Of a stretch of 64,000 nt of DNA, positions 42,075-51,882 are shown in pieces; position 1 is the first letter of the stretch; the number at the start of each line of letters is the position of its first letter. Location of the stretch: positions 265,178 through 329,177 of the forward strand of contig JBITAJ010000015.1 of the NCBI GenBank assembly GCA_044440125.1, given 5' to 3'. The DNA is from Sedimentisphaeraceae bacterium JB056 (GTDB lineage Bacteria; Planctomycetota; Phycisphaerae; Sedimentisphaerales; Sedimentisphaeraceae). The notes beneath the pieces were generated by a model. The model was not told where the DNA came from. It saw only the letters and a list, made by a program, of their open reading frames with translations, and ran no database searches. Position numbers and translations under genes: made by a program.

Positions 42075-43331
42075 ATGCAATTTACATTCGAAGAATTAGA
42101 TATATCGGGTAAGAATGCTGATAAATTTGCCAGAGGCATATTCATTGAGATAGCTAATGGTAATTATTCAGAAGGTTCCCAGCTTCCAAGTGTGCGTGAA
42201 ATGGCAAAAGAGTCTTCTATGACTGATTATTCCGCTCGGAAAGTCATGATGTCGCTTGCAGATGCGGGGCTGGTTGAAGTTAAGTCGCGTAAGGGTATTT
42301 ATGTTGCCGCCGGGGCCAAGCAAAAAGCTGTTGATATTCTCAAAAGGTACAATCAGAGCTTTAGCGGCATAAAAGATGATTCCGAGCAGCGAACTATTGC
42401 AATTGCGGCGGCTTTCAAAAATACGATAGACGGTCCCCAGATCTATCACCCCCAAACAATTTCAGGAATTTACAGAGAGGCGCAAAAGTTCAATTTCAAT
42501 GTTGAGCTTATAAACTTCAATGTAAATATATCTGAACCGGCAATATTGCTGAATGTTGTGAGGGCTAACGGTTATGACGGGGTTGTCTGGCTTTATCCGG
42601 ATGTTTCGCATTGGGACAGCATAAACTCACTTCGTGACAGCGGCATACCTGTAGCGCTTAGTAGTCATTGGCTTTTCAATACTTCTCTGCCTTGTGTTCA
42701 GATAAGCGGCTATTCCAGTACACTTTCCATAGTCAAACATCTTGTAGAGGTTGAAAAGTGCGATGTCATCAACTGGTTTTCCACTGAAGTGTACGACAAA
42801 GCCAAAGATTATGATAATGATTACGCTAAGGTGTCTGCTTCCGGAGTATATCAAACTCTTAAGCTTGTCATGAACATAGTTGGTGAGGAAAAGTGTAAGC
42901 TTAATATTATTGATTACGATGGATGCCGTGTAAGTACGGAAAGAATGCTGAAGAATATTATCGCCGAAGATAATGTGAAAAACGGGATTGTGATAGCCAA
43001 TACTGAAGAATTGAGTGATTTTTTCAAACGTCACCCTGAAAGTTTTGACGACATAGATCGCCATTGTCTTCTCGTTGGTTCAACTTACAACCAGTTTCCC
43101 CGACTTGAGCCGATAGTCGAGCGTATTGGCGATATCTATATAAGTCTTTTGCCTTTCGAGGATGTGGGCAGAGCCCTCACCACTAAAATCAATGCACTTC
43201 TCGAAGGCAGATTTGTTGATAACACTACTCTTATCAATCCATCTTTTGGACTTTATTCAGAGCTTCTTGAAACTTCAAAAGAGCTATCTCATAAAGTCGA
43301 TGCTGAAAGCGATCTCTTGTTAACTGTTTAA
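42075..43331 (+). CDS. GntR wHTH + LacI-type effector-binding regulator
   Basis: GSQLPSVREMA...LADAGLV...RKGIYV; C-terminal YDGVV...LRDSGIPV periplasmic-binding-like fold. Confidence 0.85.
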   Translation: MQFTFEELDISGKNADKFARGIFIEIANGNYSEGSQLPSVREMAKESSMTDYSARKVMMSLADAGLVEVKSRKGIYVAAGAKQKAVDILKRYNQSFSGIKDDSEQRTIAIAAAFKNTIDGPQIYHPQTISGIYREAQKFNFNVELINFNVNISEPAILLNVVRANGYDGVVWLYPDVSHWDSINSLRDSGIPVALSSHWLFNTSLPCVQISGYSSTLSIVKHLVEVEKCDVINWFSTEVYDKAKDYDNDYAKVSASGVYQTLKLVMNIVGEEKCKLNIIDYDGCRVSTERMLKNIIAEDNVKNGIVIANTEELSDFFKRHPESFDDIDRHCLLVGSTYNQFPRLEPIVERIGDIYISLLPFEDVGRALTTKINALLEGRFVDNTTLINPSFGLYSELLETSKELSHKVDAESDLLLTV

Positions 43332-43343
43332 GGAGAATATCCA

Positions 43344-44165
43344 ATGCAACGTAATAAAAAAGCATTCACTCTCATCGAGTTGTTAGTTGTTATATCGATA
43401 ATAGCCGTCTTGATGTCGATAATGATGCCTGCACTTGCCAAAGCGAGAGAGCAGGCAAAAAAAATATTAGGAGCTGCCCGTCAGAAGGATGTTGGGTTGG
43501 CACTAAATCTTTATTCGCAGGATTGGGACGGGGCACTTCCAAAAGCTTACTGGTCTAAGGTGCCAGGCTCTAACTATACGCGACTTCCATATAAACTTGC
43601 CCCATATTACGATCAGGATCAGGATGGTACATCGTCAGAGCTGTTCAGCTTTGAATTATACTCATGTCCGGCGCAGCCTAAATGGCTTACCAATAGCGAA
43701 GGGGAAAAGGTAGAGCGAGGCAAGAGCGCTGTTGGCAGTTATGGCTACAACTATTTTTTCTTTTACGGTGTTAATCCGGGCGGTAAGTTTTCGAATATGG
43801 GTGATTGGGTGGAAAGGAATGTCTCCCACATAAGAGATGGTGCGACTTTGCCTTTGTTCGGATGCGTCAGCGGCGAAGAATATGAAGGTCTTGGTGCAGG
43901 CGGCGGACAAGTACTCGACTATAGAGGACCACATCCAAAGGCATTTAAGTATGGTTATATGGGTGGTAAGTCACCGGCCACAGTCTCAAAGACGAGTCCG
44001 TCCGGACCTGCTCCAAACCACGGCAGAGACTGCAATATGCTTATGGCCGACTATCATGTTGAGGCAGTGAATGTATGTGTTGACGGTGAGTTCCCATGGA
44101 CAGACCATACAGGAAGTGCTTTTCATCCCAGCAGGGCATCAGTTCGCGGTAATGAGAAAAAGTAA
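43344..44165 (+). CDS. Prepilin-type N-terminal cleavage/methylation protein, H-X9-DG (DUF1559-like) family
   Basis: KKAFTLIELLVVISIIAVLMSIMMPALAKAREQAK; SYGYN; C-terminal NHGRDCNMLMADYHV. Confidence 0.9.
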   Translation: MQRNKKAFTLIELLVVISIIAVLMSIMMPALAKAREQAKKILGAARQKDVGLALNLYSQDWDGALPKAYWSKVPGSNYTRLPYKLAPYYDQDQDGTSSELFSFELYSCPAQPKWLTNSEGEKVERGKSAVGSYGYNYFFFYGVNPGGKFSNMGDWVERNVSHIRDGATLPLFGCVSGEEYEGLGAGGGQVLDYRGPHPKAFKYGYMGGKSPATVSKTSPSGPAPNHGRDCNMLMADYHVEAVNVCVDGEFPWTDHTGSAFHPSRASVRGNEKK

Positions 44166-44242
44166 TATTCTTTCTGAAATCGGTGTGTGAAGATAATTTT
44201 ATAGTAATGTAATATTAATTTGTTTTGTAAGGAGTGTTTAGT

Positions 44243-45790
44243 ATGAAATGTATTATCTCTTTAAGGACGCTGTGTGTTTCGCTGTTGGTGTTTACGCCAT
44301 TTATATTTGCGGCATACGAAAGTCCTCTCAGTGATGATTATCAAACGATGTCTTTGTGGAATATGGATTCTACGACTACTTTGTCAGATGGCAAGGTCAT
44401 AGTTTTCGATCAGGATGATAACTGGGGACGTACAAATCACCATCTTACCCTCTATGATGGAGATAACGCCAATGGTTACGGGGCTACGCTTGTCAGTTCT
44501 CAAAGTGGTTTTGGTCAAGCTCTTCAGCTTGATGGCGTCAACGATTATGCAAAAAGTTTTATTCGCTTTCCTATTAATGAGGGATTCAAGCTTGAGCTTT
44601 GGATCAAACCTGATTCAAGCAAGACAGACATCAACTGGATAGCTGAAGTTCCAAACGTATGGCGTTTATATACAGATACAAACGCTACGAGAATAAATCT
44701 TTATGTCAAGGATGCAAATGGTGACTGGGCTTCGAATATACGCAAAGCAATTACACCCGATGCATGGCAGCATATTACTGTTGGTTTTGAGAATGGAACG
44801 GCATCTCTTTCTGTAGATGGTACATCTCAGTATGGAACACTTACCCTTCCAACGACGGAAATGTATAACGCCGGTCAGGAAGATTATGTATGGATTGGCA
44901 GCTACGGCGGTACACAGAGATTCTTCAAGGGTCTTATTGATGATGTAAGGCTTACGGATCCTGCCGCTGAAGTCCCTGAATGGGCCTCTGTCCATGAGGA
45001 TGCAGTTCTTGGTACATATGCCCTTTATCACATGGATGAAATAACCGGCTCTATTATGCCTGATGATAACTCACAGTCATCAAGATCACCTTTGGATTTG
45101 ACTGTTTACGGCAATCCGGCCATTGTTGATGATGGTTCATATCCCAATGATGATCCGAGTTTCGGCAGCAGTGTCAGCTTTAATGGAATGAGCGATTATT
45201 TCCAATGCCTTAAGCCGATGCCTTATGGCATAGACCCTGCCAATTTTAAGGTGGAAGTATGGATTAAGCCAAATCCTGATTGGTATACTGTCTCTGGCGG
45301 TTTGTACTGGATAGTAGGGCATGACAGTATGTTCCGTGTTTATCTTCAGTCAGACGGTACGGTTGGCGGTGCAAGGTTGAGGTATTATGTATGGCCATCT
45401 GATGGAAGCGGTGCAGTACTAACAACAATTGCATGTGGTGCACTTGAAGGCTGGAATCATATATCTTGTGAACTATATAATGGTGTAACTAAGATTTATG
45501 TAAATGGTGCAGAGAAGGCTTCAACGACACTTCCGACTAACGATGCAACAGTTGGAGCATCACAAATGAGAGTTGGTACTTATAACGGCAGCTCAAGAAT
45601 GTTCTGGGGACAAATGGATGAACTTCGTATAAGTAATGTTGTTATTCCAGATCCGCAGTGCGGCGATTACGGCTATCTCGAGAGCGATATCAACAAGGAT
45701 TGTGTAGTCGATATACTCGATCTCAAGCTTATACTTGTTGATTGGCTTGAATGTACGACTGATGAGGCCGGTTGCGTTGTGGCGTTTTAA
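44243..45790 (+). CDS. Secreted tandem LamG protein with C-terminal dockerin-like repeat
   Basis: Two LamG units (ELWIKP...WQHI...FKGLIDDVR; EVWIKP...WNHI...FWGQMDELRI); SDINKDCVVDILDL...W. AAGGAG favours ATG 44243. Confidence 0.82.
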   Translation: MKCIISLRTLCVSLLVFTPFIFAAYESPLSDDYQTMSLWNMDSTTTLSDGKVIVFDQDDNWGRTNHHLTLYDGDNANGYGATLVSSQSGFGQALQLDGVNDYAKSFIRFPINEGFKLELWIKPDSSKTDINWIAEVPNVWRLYTDTNATRINLYVKDANGDWASNIRKAITPDAWQHITVGFENGTASLSVDGTSQYGTLTLPTTEMYNAGQEDYVWIGSYGGTQRFFKGLIDDVRLTDPAAEVPEWASVHEDAVLGTYALYHMDEITGSIMPDDNSQSSRSPLDLTVYGNPAIVDDGSYPNDDPSFGSSVSFNGMSDYFQCLKPMPYGIDPANFKVEVWIKPNPDWYTVSGGLYWIVGHDSMFRVYLQSDGTVGGARLRYYVWPSDGSGAVLTTIACGALEGWNHISCELYNGVTKIYVNGAEKASTTLPTNDATVGASQMRVGTYNGSSRMFWGQMDELRISNVVIPDPQCGDYGYLESDINKDCVVDILDLKLILVDWLECTTDEAGCVVAF

Positions 45791-45827
45791 TAATCTTGAG
45801 TGAATAATAGAGCAAAGGAGCTTTAAT

Positions 45828-46646
45828 ATGTATAAAACAATAAAGTCAATTTTTATTATTATTTTAGGTGTATGTGCTATCGCTGCCGCTGTTGATTATC
45901 AGGTGCCGCTTACTTTCACCGCTCCGGTTGTGGATGGTAACAGCTTGCCTGGCGAATGGGACGGCAGTTTGGATGTAAGTATTGCGTATCCTGGCATTGT
46001 ATCAGCCGGCGGTGCTGATATAACCGGAAGCAGTCCTGCAGCTTCTGATTGCAGTGCGGATGTGAAGATGCTCTGGGATGCCGATAATCTCTATGTATAT
46101 GTTCGTGTATATGATGAGGACATGACGTTTAGTAAAAATTATCCGGGTCCTTATAATGGTCAAGACTGTTTTCAGGTAGCCTTCAATCTTCTTGATAACT
46201 CAGAAGCAATCTTCCTTGAAGATGCTCCGATATATGATTTCAGTGCTAATACTGCAGACGAAGTTGGTGCTTCGGTTGCTATTCACGGAATATTCAATGT
46301 TGACAACTTAACTGTTGCCGGTAAAGAATTTGAAGACGGCTGGCAGATGGAAATCGCTATTCCGTGGAACACTTATCAGCATTTCGCTCATCCGGGCGAT
46401 AGACATGGTCTTGGATTGCTGCTTGTTGATTATGATGGTGATAGCCCTGTTGAAAATTTCCTTACAGATTACGGTAATGGTGAAAATACTATAGATGATA
46501 TTACTACCTGGAATACAATTACTTTGATCGGAGAAAACGGCTGTGGTACCAACGGACGTTTCATAGGCGATCTAAATGGTGACTGCAATGTTGATATTTC
46601 AGATATTGCCTCTATTGCCTCACAATGGGCACAAAGTACGCTTTGA
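45828..46646 (+). CDS. Secreted CBM9/DOMON-like sugar-binding protein with dockerin-like repeat
   Basis: APVVDG...EW, LWDADNLYVYVRVYD, D.FQV, WQMEIAIPW; GDLNGDCNVDISDIASIASQW. Confidence 0.82.
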   Translation: MYKTIKSIFIIILGVCAIAAAVDYQVPLTFTAPVVDGNSLPGEWDGSLDVSIAYPGIVSAGGADITGSSPAASDCSADVKMLWDADNLYVYVRVYDEDMTFSKNYPGPYNGQDCFQVAFNLLDNSEAIFLEDAPIYDFSANTADEVGASVAIHGIFNVDNLTVAGKEFEDGWQMEIAIPWNTYQHFAHPGDRHGLGLLLVDYDGDSPVENFLTDYGNGENTIDDITTWNTITLIGENGCGTNGRFIGDLNGDCNVDISDIASIASQWAQSTL

Positions 46647-46668
46647 TTTTTGAATAATAATTAATGTT

Positions 46669-46704
46669 AACCGGCAGACTGTTTGCAGGTCTGCCGGTTT
46701 TTTT
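46669..46704 (+). terminator. Intrinsic terminator inside the secreted-protein locus
   Basis: AACCGGCAGAC-N9-GTCTGCCGG followed by T7. Confidence 0.8.
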
Positions 46705-46720
46705 ATGAAAAGGATTTTTG

Positions 46721-48568
46721 ATGTTTACAAAAAGTTGTTTTCTGTTTTTGTTATTGCTGTGTGTTTCGAGTGGTTTGTGTGATGATGTAAGTGATAGGGG
46801 AGATGATGTTCTCGACAAATATTACAAGCATTATATAGATATTGACAAACAGTCATCTAACCGTATCAGGGTAAACTGGGCTTATGCGGCACTTTCACTT
46901 TATAATGATAAAGATATAACACAAAAGGCTGATAGGGTGCTGTTTGAGACTTTAGAGCCGCAGAAAACCATCTTTACACAGACAGGCAGCGAAGGCCATG
47001 ATATTTACTGGGAGACAGTAATTCTTTCGCGAATGATGAATTGTAAGGAAATCACTGCTAAGCTCTCAGATGAAACAAAACATACCATTAATACACTTTT
47101 ATGGGATTTTGTGTATAATTTTGATAAGCCCGGTCACAGTGAACCATCGCTTGAAAAGATCAACACAATATATAACAGTGACAATCATGATATGATACAT
47201 CGAGGTGTATATCTTATGGCTGCGCAGGCATTGAAGGACGATCCGCAGTTCAAAGATAAGAAATATGCCGATGGTCTCACCGCTGCCGCTCATTATGCTA
47301 TATGGCGAAAGAATCTGATGGAGTATTTCAAGTTCAGGGCTTCAACAGGCGTCAATGTCGAATTTGGCTCGACTTGTTATGCTGGTGTATACCTCCATCC
47401 TATTTTCAGTATATACGACTGCTGTCAGGATAAACAGCTTGCAGACCAGGCAGGCAAGTTTATTGACCTTTTCTTTGCCGATGTATCGCAGGAAGTATTG
47501 AATGGTGTTCGCGGCGGTGCAAAGGTGCGTATGTACAAAAATGCTCATTGCTGCAATTATCAGGCGGATAAGCTTCTTTACTATAATTATATACTTACCG
47601 GAAAGCCCAAAGAACTTGACAGACTGTTTCCTACGGATTGTTTTGGCGCGGCACAAAGTGATTACAGGCTTCCGCAGACAGTGAAAGAACTTATGGTTGA
47701 TACGAAGGCCAAAGGAGCGTATGTTTATAAGTCTAACAGACTTGCTCAGGGTGGCCATGTTCTTGGCAACAAATATGGGCTTGGCGATGCTCTCGCTCCA
47801 ATTTATACCGCTGAAACACAGTCTGGTCTTTTGCGATACACCTATGCAACCCCGTCATATCTGTTGGGTACGTTTACGATTGACGAGACAAAGACCTATA
47901 TGCTTATAAACAGTCAGAACCAGTGGATGGCCTTGACGACCGCAGCGAAGCCCTCCAGTAGGATAGTTGTCAATGTTACACCGACATCTGATGAGAGAAC
48001 GGGCTACAGGGACTTACAGGCTGTTCAATACAAAAACTGTGCAATGTTTCGTAAACAGCTTGCGGCTGAAGACGGCGGACTTTTGCGACTTTTTGTTTCA
48101 AATGATTTTGAAATGACTGATAAAGACGGCACGTTATTCTTTGAAAACGACAGTGTTTATGCAGCAGTAATGTGTATTCAACACCATGACAAGACGGGTT
48201 ATGAAATAGAAAAGACGGATTTTGGACCGGGCAGATTTGTTACTTTCAATGAACCGAATGTTTATTTTGTACTTGAAGTTGCTGATAAGAAAGAATATGA
48301 GAATCTGAATGAATTCAGTGAATATATCTCTGGCAATGATTTGAGGTTTGAGAATAACTATGATGAAATTATATACGATAGCAAAACCTGTAAATGCAGT
48401 CTTGAGATGTTCACAGACGTCCGCATGCCATTGGTCAATGGTAAGCCTGTTGATGTAAGGCCGGCTAAAGTTTATGACAGCCCTTATATGCAGTCTAATT
48501 ATGGTAGTGGCGTTGTAACAGTTACAGGTGTTGAAGGTGAAAATCTTGTTCTTGATTTTAACTATTAA
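46721..48568 (+). CDS. Secreted SxNH-family protein (paralogue B), catalytic module only
   Basis: Signal peptide; SDNHD, HYAIW, EFGSTCY, GVRGG, SQNQWM; ends LVLDFNY. Confidence 0.8.
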   Translation: MFTKSCFLFLLLLCVSSGLCDDVSDRGDDVLDKYYKHYIDIDKQSSNRIRVNWAYAALSLYNDKDITQKADRVLFETLEPQKTIFTQTGSEGHDIYWETVILSRMMNCKEITAKLSDETKHTINTLLWDFVYNFDKPGHSEPSLEKINTIYNSDNHDMIHRGVYLMAAQALKDDPQFKDKKYADGLTAAAHYAIWRKNLMEYFKFRASTGVNVEFGSTCYAGVYLHPIFSIYDCCQDKQLADQAGKFIDLFFADVSQEVLNGVRGGAKVRMYKNAHCCNYQADKLLYYNYILTGKPKELDRLFPTDCFGAAQSDYRLPQTVKELMVDTKAKGAYVYKSNRLAQGGHVLGNKYGLGDALAPIYTAETQSGLLRYTYATPSYLLGTFTIDETKTYMLINSQNQWMALTTAAKPSSRIVVNVTPTSDERTGYRDLQAVQYKNCAMFRKQLAAEDGGLLRLFVSNDFEMTDKDGTLFFENDSVYAAVMCIQHHDKTGYEIEKTDFGPGRFVTFNEPNVYFVLEVADKKEYENLNEFSEYISGNDLRFENNYDEIIYDSKTCKCSLEMFTDVRMPLVNGKPVDVRPAKVYDSPYMQSNYGSGVVTVTGVEGENLVLDFNY

Positions 48569-48583
48569 TCGGAAGCTCTCTAA

Positions 48584-50530
48584 GTGAAACACTTTTTTGT
48601 TATATTTTTAATATTGTCATCGTTGGTATCTGCTTTGGCAGATAATACATTTGACAGACAGAATTCAGCGATGCTTTATCATTATAATTCACAGAAGTAT
48701 CCTACGGGTGAACCTCGCGGCAATGTGGTAAGGGCTTATTGCATATTTGCTCTTGCAGCAAGAGGCAGTGAGAATATAACTCAAACAGATATCAATGAGG
48801 CTAATGAATTGCTCGAACCGCTGTTTACTGCTTGGCCGGCAGCAGATGAGGGTAATGATCTTTACTGGATGCTGCCGCACCTTAGCAGGATATTAGCTGA
48901 TGATACTTTGAGTATGTATTTGACTGCTGCTGCGAAAGAATCGATAAAGAATATTCTCTATACCTTCGTGTATGATAAGGATGATGTCGGGTATGCTTCT
49001 ACGGATGCCGCAAACATGTGGCTGGTAATTGACAGTGAGAACCACGATATTCTAAAAAAACAAGTTTACTTCACTGCATCTCAGATTTTTAAGAATAATC
49101 CGCAGTGGAGCTCTCTTACGTATGCCGATGGCAAGACCGTGGCCGAACATTACACGGCATGGGAGAACTACTTTGAGAGCTATTTCAGGGAAAGAGCAAG
49201 GAAAGGTATTAACATTGAATTAGGTTCACCGACTTATGCCGGAGTGTTCTTAGAGTCGATATTCATAATTTACGACCTTGCAGAGAATGACACGCTTAAA
49301 AAAAGGGCAGGTCAATTTCTCAATCTTTATTTTGCTGATCAGGCGATAACGGGCATTAACGGTATTCGCGGTGGTGCAAAGAGTCGTTGTTATAAGGGGG
49401 CACCATCTTATAATTACAGCAGCGATAAGGGGGCGTATTACTCGTGGATGCTTGCCGGAAAACCTTCGGCATTCAATAACGGTAATACTCCGTATGATAT
49501 AGTGCCTTCTCTCAACAGTGATTTTCGCCTTCAGGACCAGACGCTTAGTCTTTATGATCATACACTGCGAGGAAGTTATGAATACATTACCGTCAGACCC
49601 GGTCGTGGTACTCATGTCAGTGAACCCAGCTTGATGTATACACTTGAATTTCCTTCTATGATACGGTGGTATAGCTGGTGTGAGCCGCAATTCATATTAG
49701 GGTCGGTAACGATTGATGAGAGCAAAGCCTATACGCTTATCTCCGATCAGAATCGTTGGTATGGGCTTATTGCGGCAGACAGTTTTGACAGTCGTCTTTA
49801 TTTTGCACCGGAGACAGATGATGAAAATCAGACATATAAAGATTATATTGCTGTGCAGAAAAAGGGCGCGATGCTTATACGTAAGCATAAAGATGCAGAG
49901 GACGTTGGCTTCAGGATGTATGTGTCGAACACTTTTACTACAAGTCAGGAATCGGGTTGGCTCTTTGGTTACAATTCAGACAGCAGTGTTTATTTTGCCC
50001 TTTATTCAACCGGCAGTGATTTCTGGGGGCAGAGATATGTGATTACAACTGCAACGGGAACATACGGCAAGTGGATTACTTTTACGCAATCTGACAGTAT
50101 TGTTGTTCTTGAGGCAGCGGCTGCTGAGAATTTCTCTGATTTTGATGAATTCAAGTCTCAAATTAAACTTAATTCCAAAGGGTTTAATGGGACAAGGTAT
50201 GATTATTCATCGCTTGCAGGAGATGCTTTGAGTATTTTCACAGATACTACGTTGCCTGCGATAGATAACCAAGCTGTAGTTCTTGATCCAGATTTTACCT
50301 ACAGTAGTCCGTTTTTGAATTCTGATAATGATTCGGATGTCATAACTGTAAATTCCGTTGATGGAAGTGAGCTTATTCTTGATTTTACCGAGCCGTTCAT
50401 TCAGGATTTTCTTGCCGGTGATATAAATCAAGATGGTTATGTCGACATTCTGGATATTGTATTTCTGGCATCTCAATGGCAGCAGTGTACCAATCCTGCT
50501 TTAGGAACTTGCATAGATTATCGCCCCTGA
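48584..50530 (+). CDS. Secreted SxNH-family protein (paralogue C) with dockerin-like repeat
   Basis: Signal peptide; SENHD, HYTAW, ELGSPTY, GIRGG, SDQNRWYG, LILDF; GDINQDGYVDILDIVFLASQW. Confidence 0.8.
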   Translation: MKHFFVIFLILSSLVSALADNTFDRQNSAMLYHYNSQKYPTGEPRGNVVRAYCIFALAARGSENITQTDINEANELLEPLFTAWPAADEGNDLYWMLPHLSRILADDTLSMYLTAAAKESIKNILYTFVYDKDDVGYASTDAANMWLVIDSENHDILKKQVYFTASQIFKNNPQWSSLTYADGKTVAEHYTAWENYFESYFRERARKGINIELGSPTYAGVFLESIFIIYDLAENDTLKKRAGQFLNLYFADQAITGINGIRGGAKSRCYKGAPSYNYSSDKGAYYSWMLAGKPSAFNNGNTPYDIVPSLNSDFRLQDQTLSLYDHTLRGSYEYITVRPGRGTHVSEPSLMYTLEFPSMIRWYSWCEPQFILGSVTIDESKAYTLISDQNRWYGLIAADSFDSRLYFAPETDDENQTYKDYIAVQKKGAMLIRKHKDAEDVGFRMYVSNTFTTSQESGWLFGYNSDSSVYFALYSTGSDFWGQRYVITTATGTYGKWITFTQSDSIVVLEAAAAENFSDFDEFKSQIKLNSKGFNGTRYDYSSLAGDALSIFTDTTLPAIDNQAVVLDPDFTYSSPFLNSDNDSDVITVNSVDGSELILDFTEPFIQDFLAGDINQDGYVDILDIVFLASQWQQCTNPALGTCIDYRP

Positions 50531-50645
50531 CAATGTTGTAATCAAGGAATTTAGGGAAGTTTTGGGTTTTTAGTTGAATCTTTGATTGCTTTGTGTAATA
50601 TCTGCGTCATATCATCTAATTTGACATTTAAAGCAAACAAAGATT

Positions 50646-51824
50646 ATGAAAAAAAAATCCCGATTTGAAAAATATTACGTTTTTTTCCTGGCAATGATCG
50701 CGGCTATACCGGCCATGTCTACGGATATGTATGTGGCGGCAATGCCTCGGATTGCTGCTAAATGGCAGGTGCCTGAGAATCAGGTTGCCCTTTCTCTTGT
50801 ACTCTGGTTTGTCAGCTTCAGCGTTTTTCTGCTGATATTAGGCCCATTGTCGGATAAATTCGGCAGAAAAAGGATACTGTGGGGCGGCCTTTTGATGTTC
50901 ATCGTATCAACAGTTCTCTGTGCTTCGGCAACGAATGTGTTTCAACTTATAGTTTTCAGAATTATGCAGGGAGCTTCTGCTGCATCGCCTTCGTCAATGT
51001 GTATGGCGATTTGCAGGGATAAATATGAAGGTGATCGCAGAAAACATATACTTGCCTACATAGGTATCATACTTTCAGTTATGCCTATGGTAGCTCCGAT
51101 GATAGGTGCCATGTTGCTGCAGTATATGAGTTGGCGTGCTATATTTGGAACACAGGCATTGCTTGCGATTATTGCGCTTTTAGTTTCACTGAATTACAAA
51201 GAGACATTAGCCGAACCGGTTATGAGTGGTATTTTCAGGATATTCGGGCGATATGTGAACCTTGTTAAAAATACGAATTATATTATAGCTAACAAGGCTA
51301 TGGGGTTATTGCTTGGTCCTTTTTACGGTTTCATATCTTTCTCACCATTAGTCTATATGAAGATATTCGGTCTTAGCCCTCGCCAGTTCAGTCTCCTGTT
51401 TGGACTTAATGCGTTGATGTCTATGATAGGGGCTTTTACATGTACAAGGCTTACCAGATATGTCAGTGATATTAAACTATTGACGGCGTGTTTTATCGGG
51501 TGTCTTTTAGGCGGAATAGGTATTTTGTCTTTTGGCCATCTTCACTATATGGCTTTTTCAATACCGATGTGTCTGTTTACATTTTGCTGCGGACTCAGCA
51601 GGCCTCTGAGCAACAATATAATACTCGAGCAGGTCAATACCGATATTGGTTCTGCATCATCTTTCATTGTGTTCTATCAGTTTATAATCGGCGCGATTTG
51701 TATGGCTCTTGCTTCTTACTCATGGTCAAGGCCTATTTTTGCTTTTGGTGTTCTTGCCACAGCAGTGCCGTTGTTTGTACTTGGGTGCTGGCCGTTTCTT
51801 GTGGTTCGCCTTAAGAGAGCATGA
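50646..51824 (+). CDS. Bcr/CflA-family MFS efflux transporter
   Basis: STDMYVAAMP, GPLSDKFGRK, FRIMQG, APMIG, WRAIF. Confidence 0.9.
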   Translation: MKKKSRFEKYYVFFLAMIAAIPAMSTDMYVAAMPRIAAKWQVPENQVALSLVLWFVSFSVFLLILGPLSDKFGRKRILWGGLLMFIVSTVLCASATNVFQLIVFRIMQGASAASPSSMCMAICRDKYEGDRRKHILAYIGIILSVMPMVAPMIGAMLLQYMSWRAIFGTQALLAIIALLVSLNYKETLAEPVMSGIFRIFGRYVNLVKNTNYIIANKAMGLLLGPFYGFISFSPLVYMKIFGLSPRQFSLLFGLNALMSMIGAFTCTRLTRYVSDIKLLTACFIGCLLGGIGILSFGHLHYMAFSIPMCLFTFCCGLSRPLSNNIILEQVNTDIGSASSFIVFYQFIIGAICMALASYSWSRPIFAFGVLATAVPLFVLGCWPFLVVRLKRA

Positions 51825-51837
51825 TACGGGTTTTAAT

Positions 51838-51863
51838 GAGACGCGGTAAACCGGCGTCTCTAC
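51838..51863 (-). repeat. REP-like palindrome with GTAG foot
   Basis: Minus strand GTAG-AGACGCCGGTTTACCGCGTCTC. Confidence 0.6.
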
Positions 51864-51882
51864 AAGATGAAAAATAATAGCT

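Noticed and set aside
38652..51824. Glycan locus as an island integrated at tRNA-Gly
   Set aside because: The locus lies on the 5' side of the tRNA, and no integrase or att duplication is seen.
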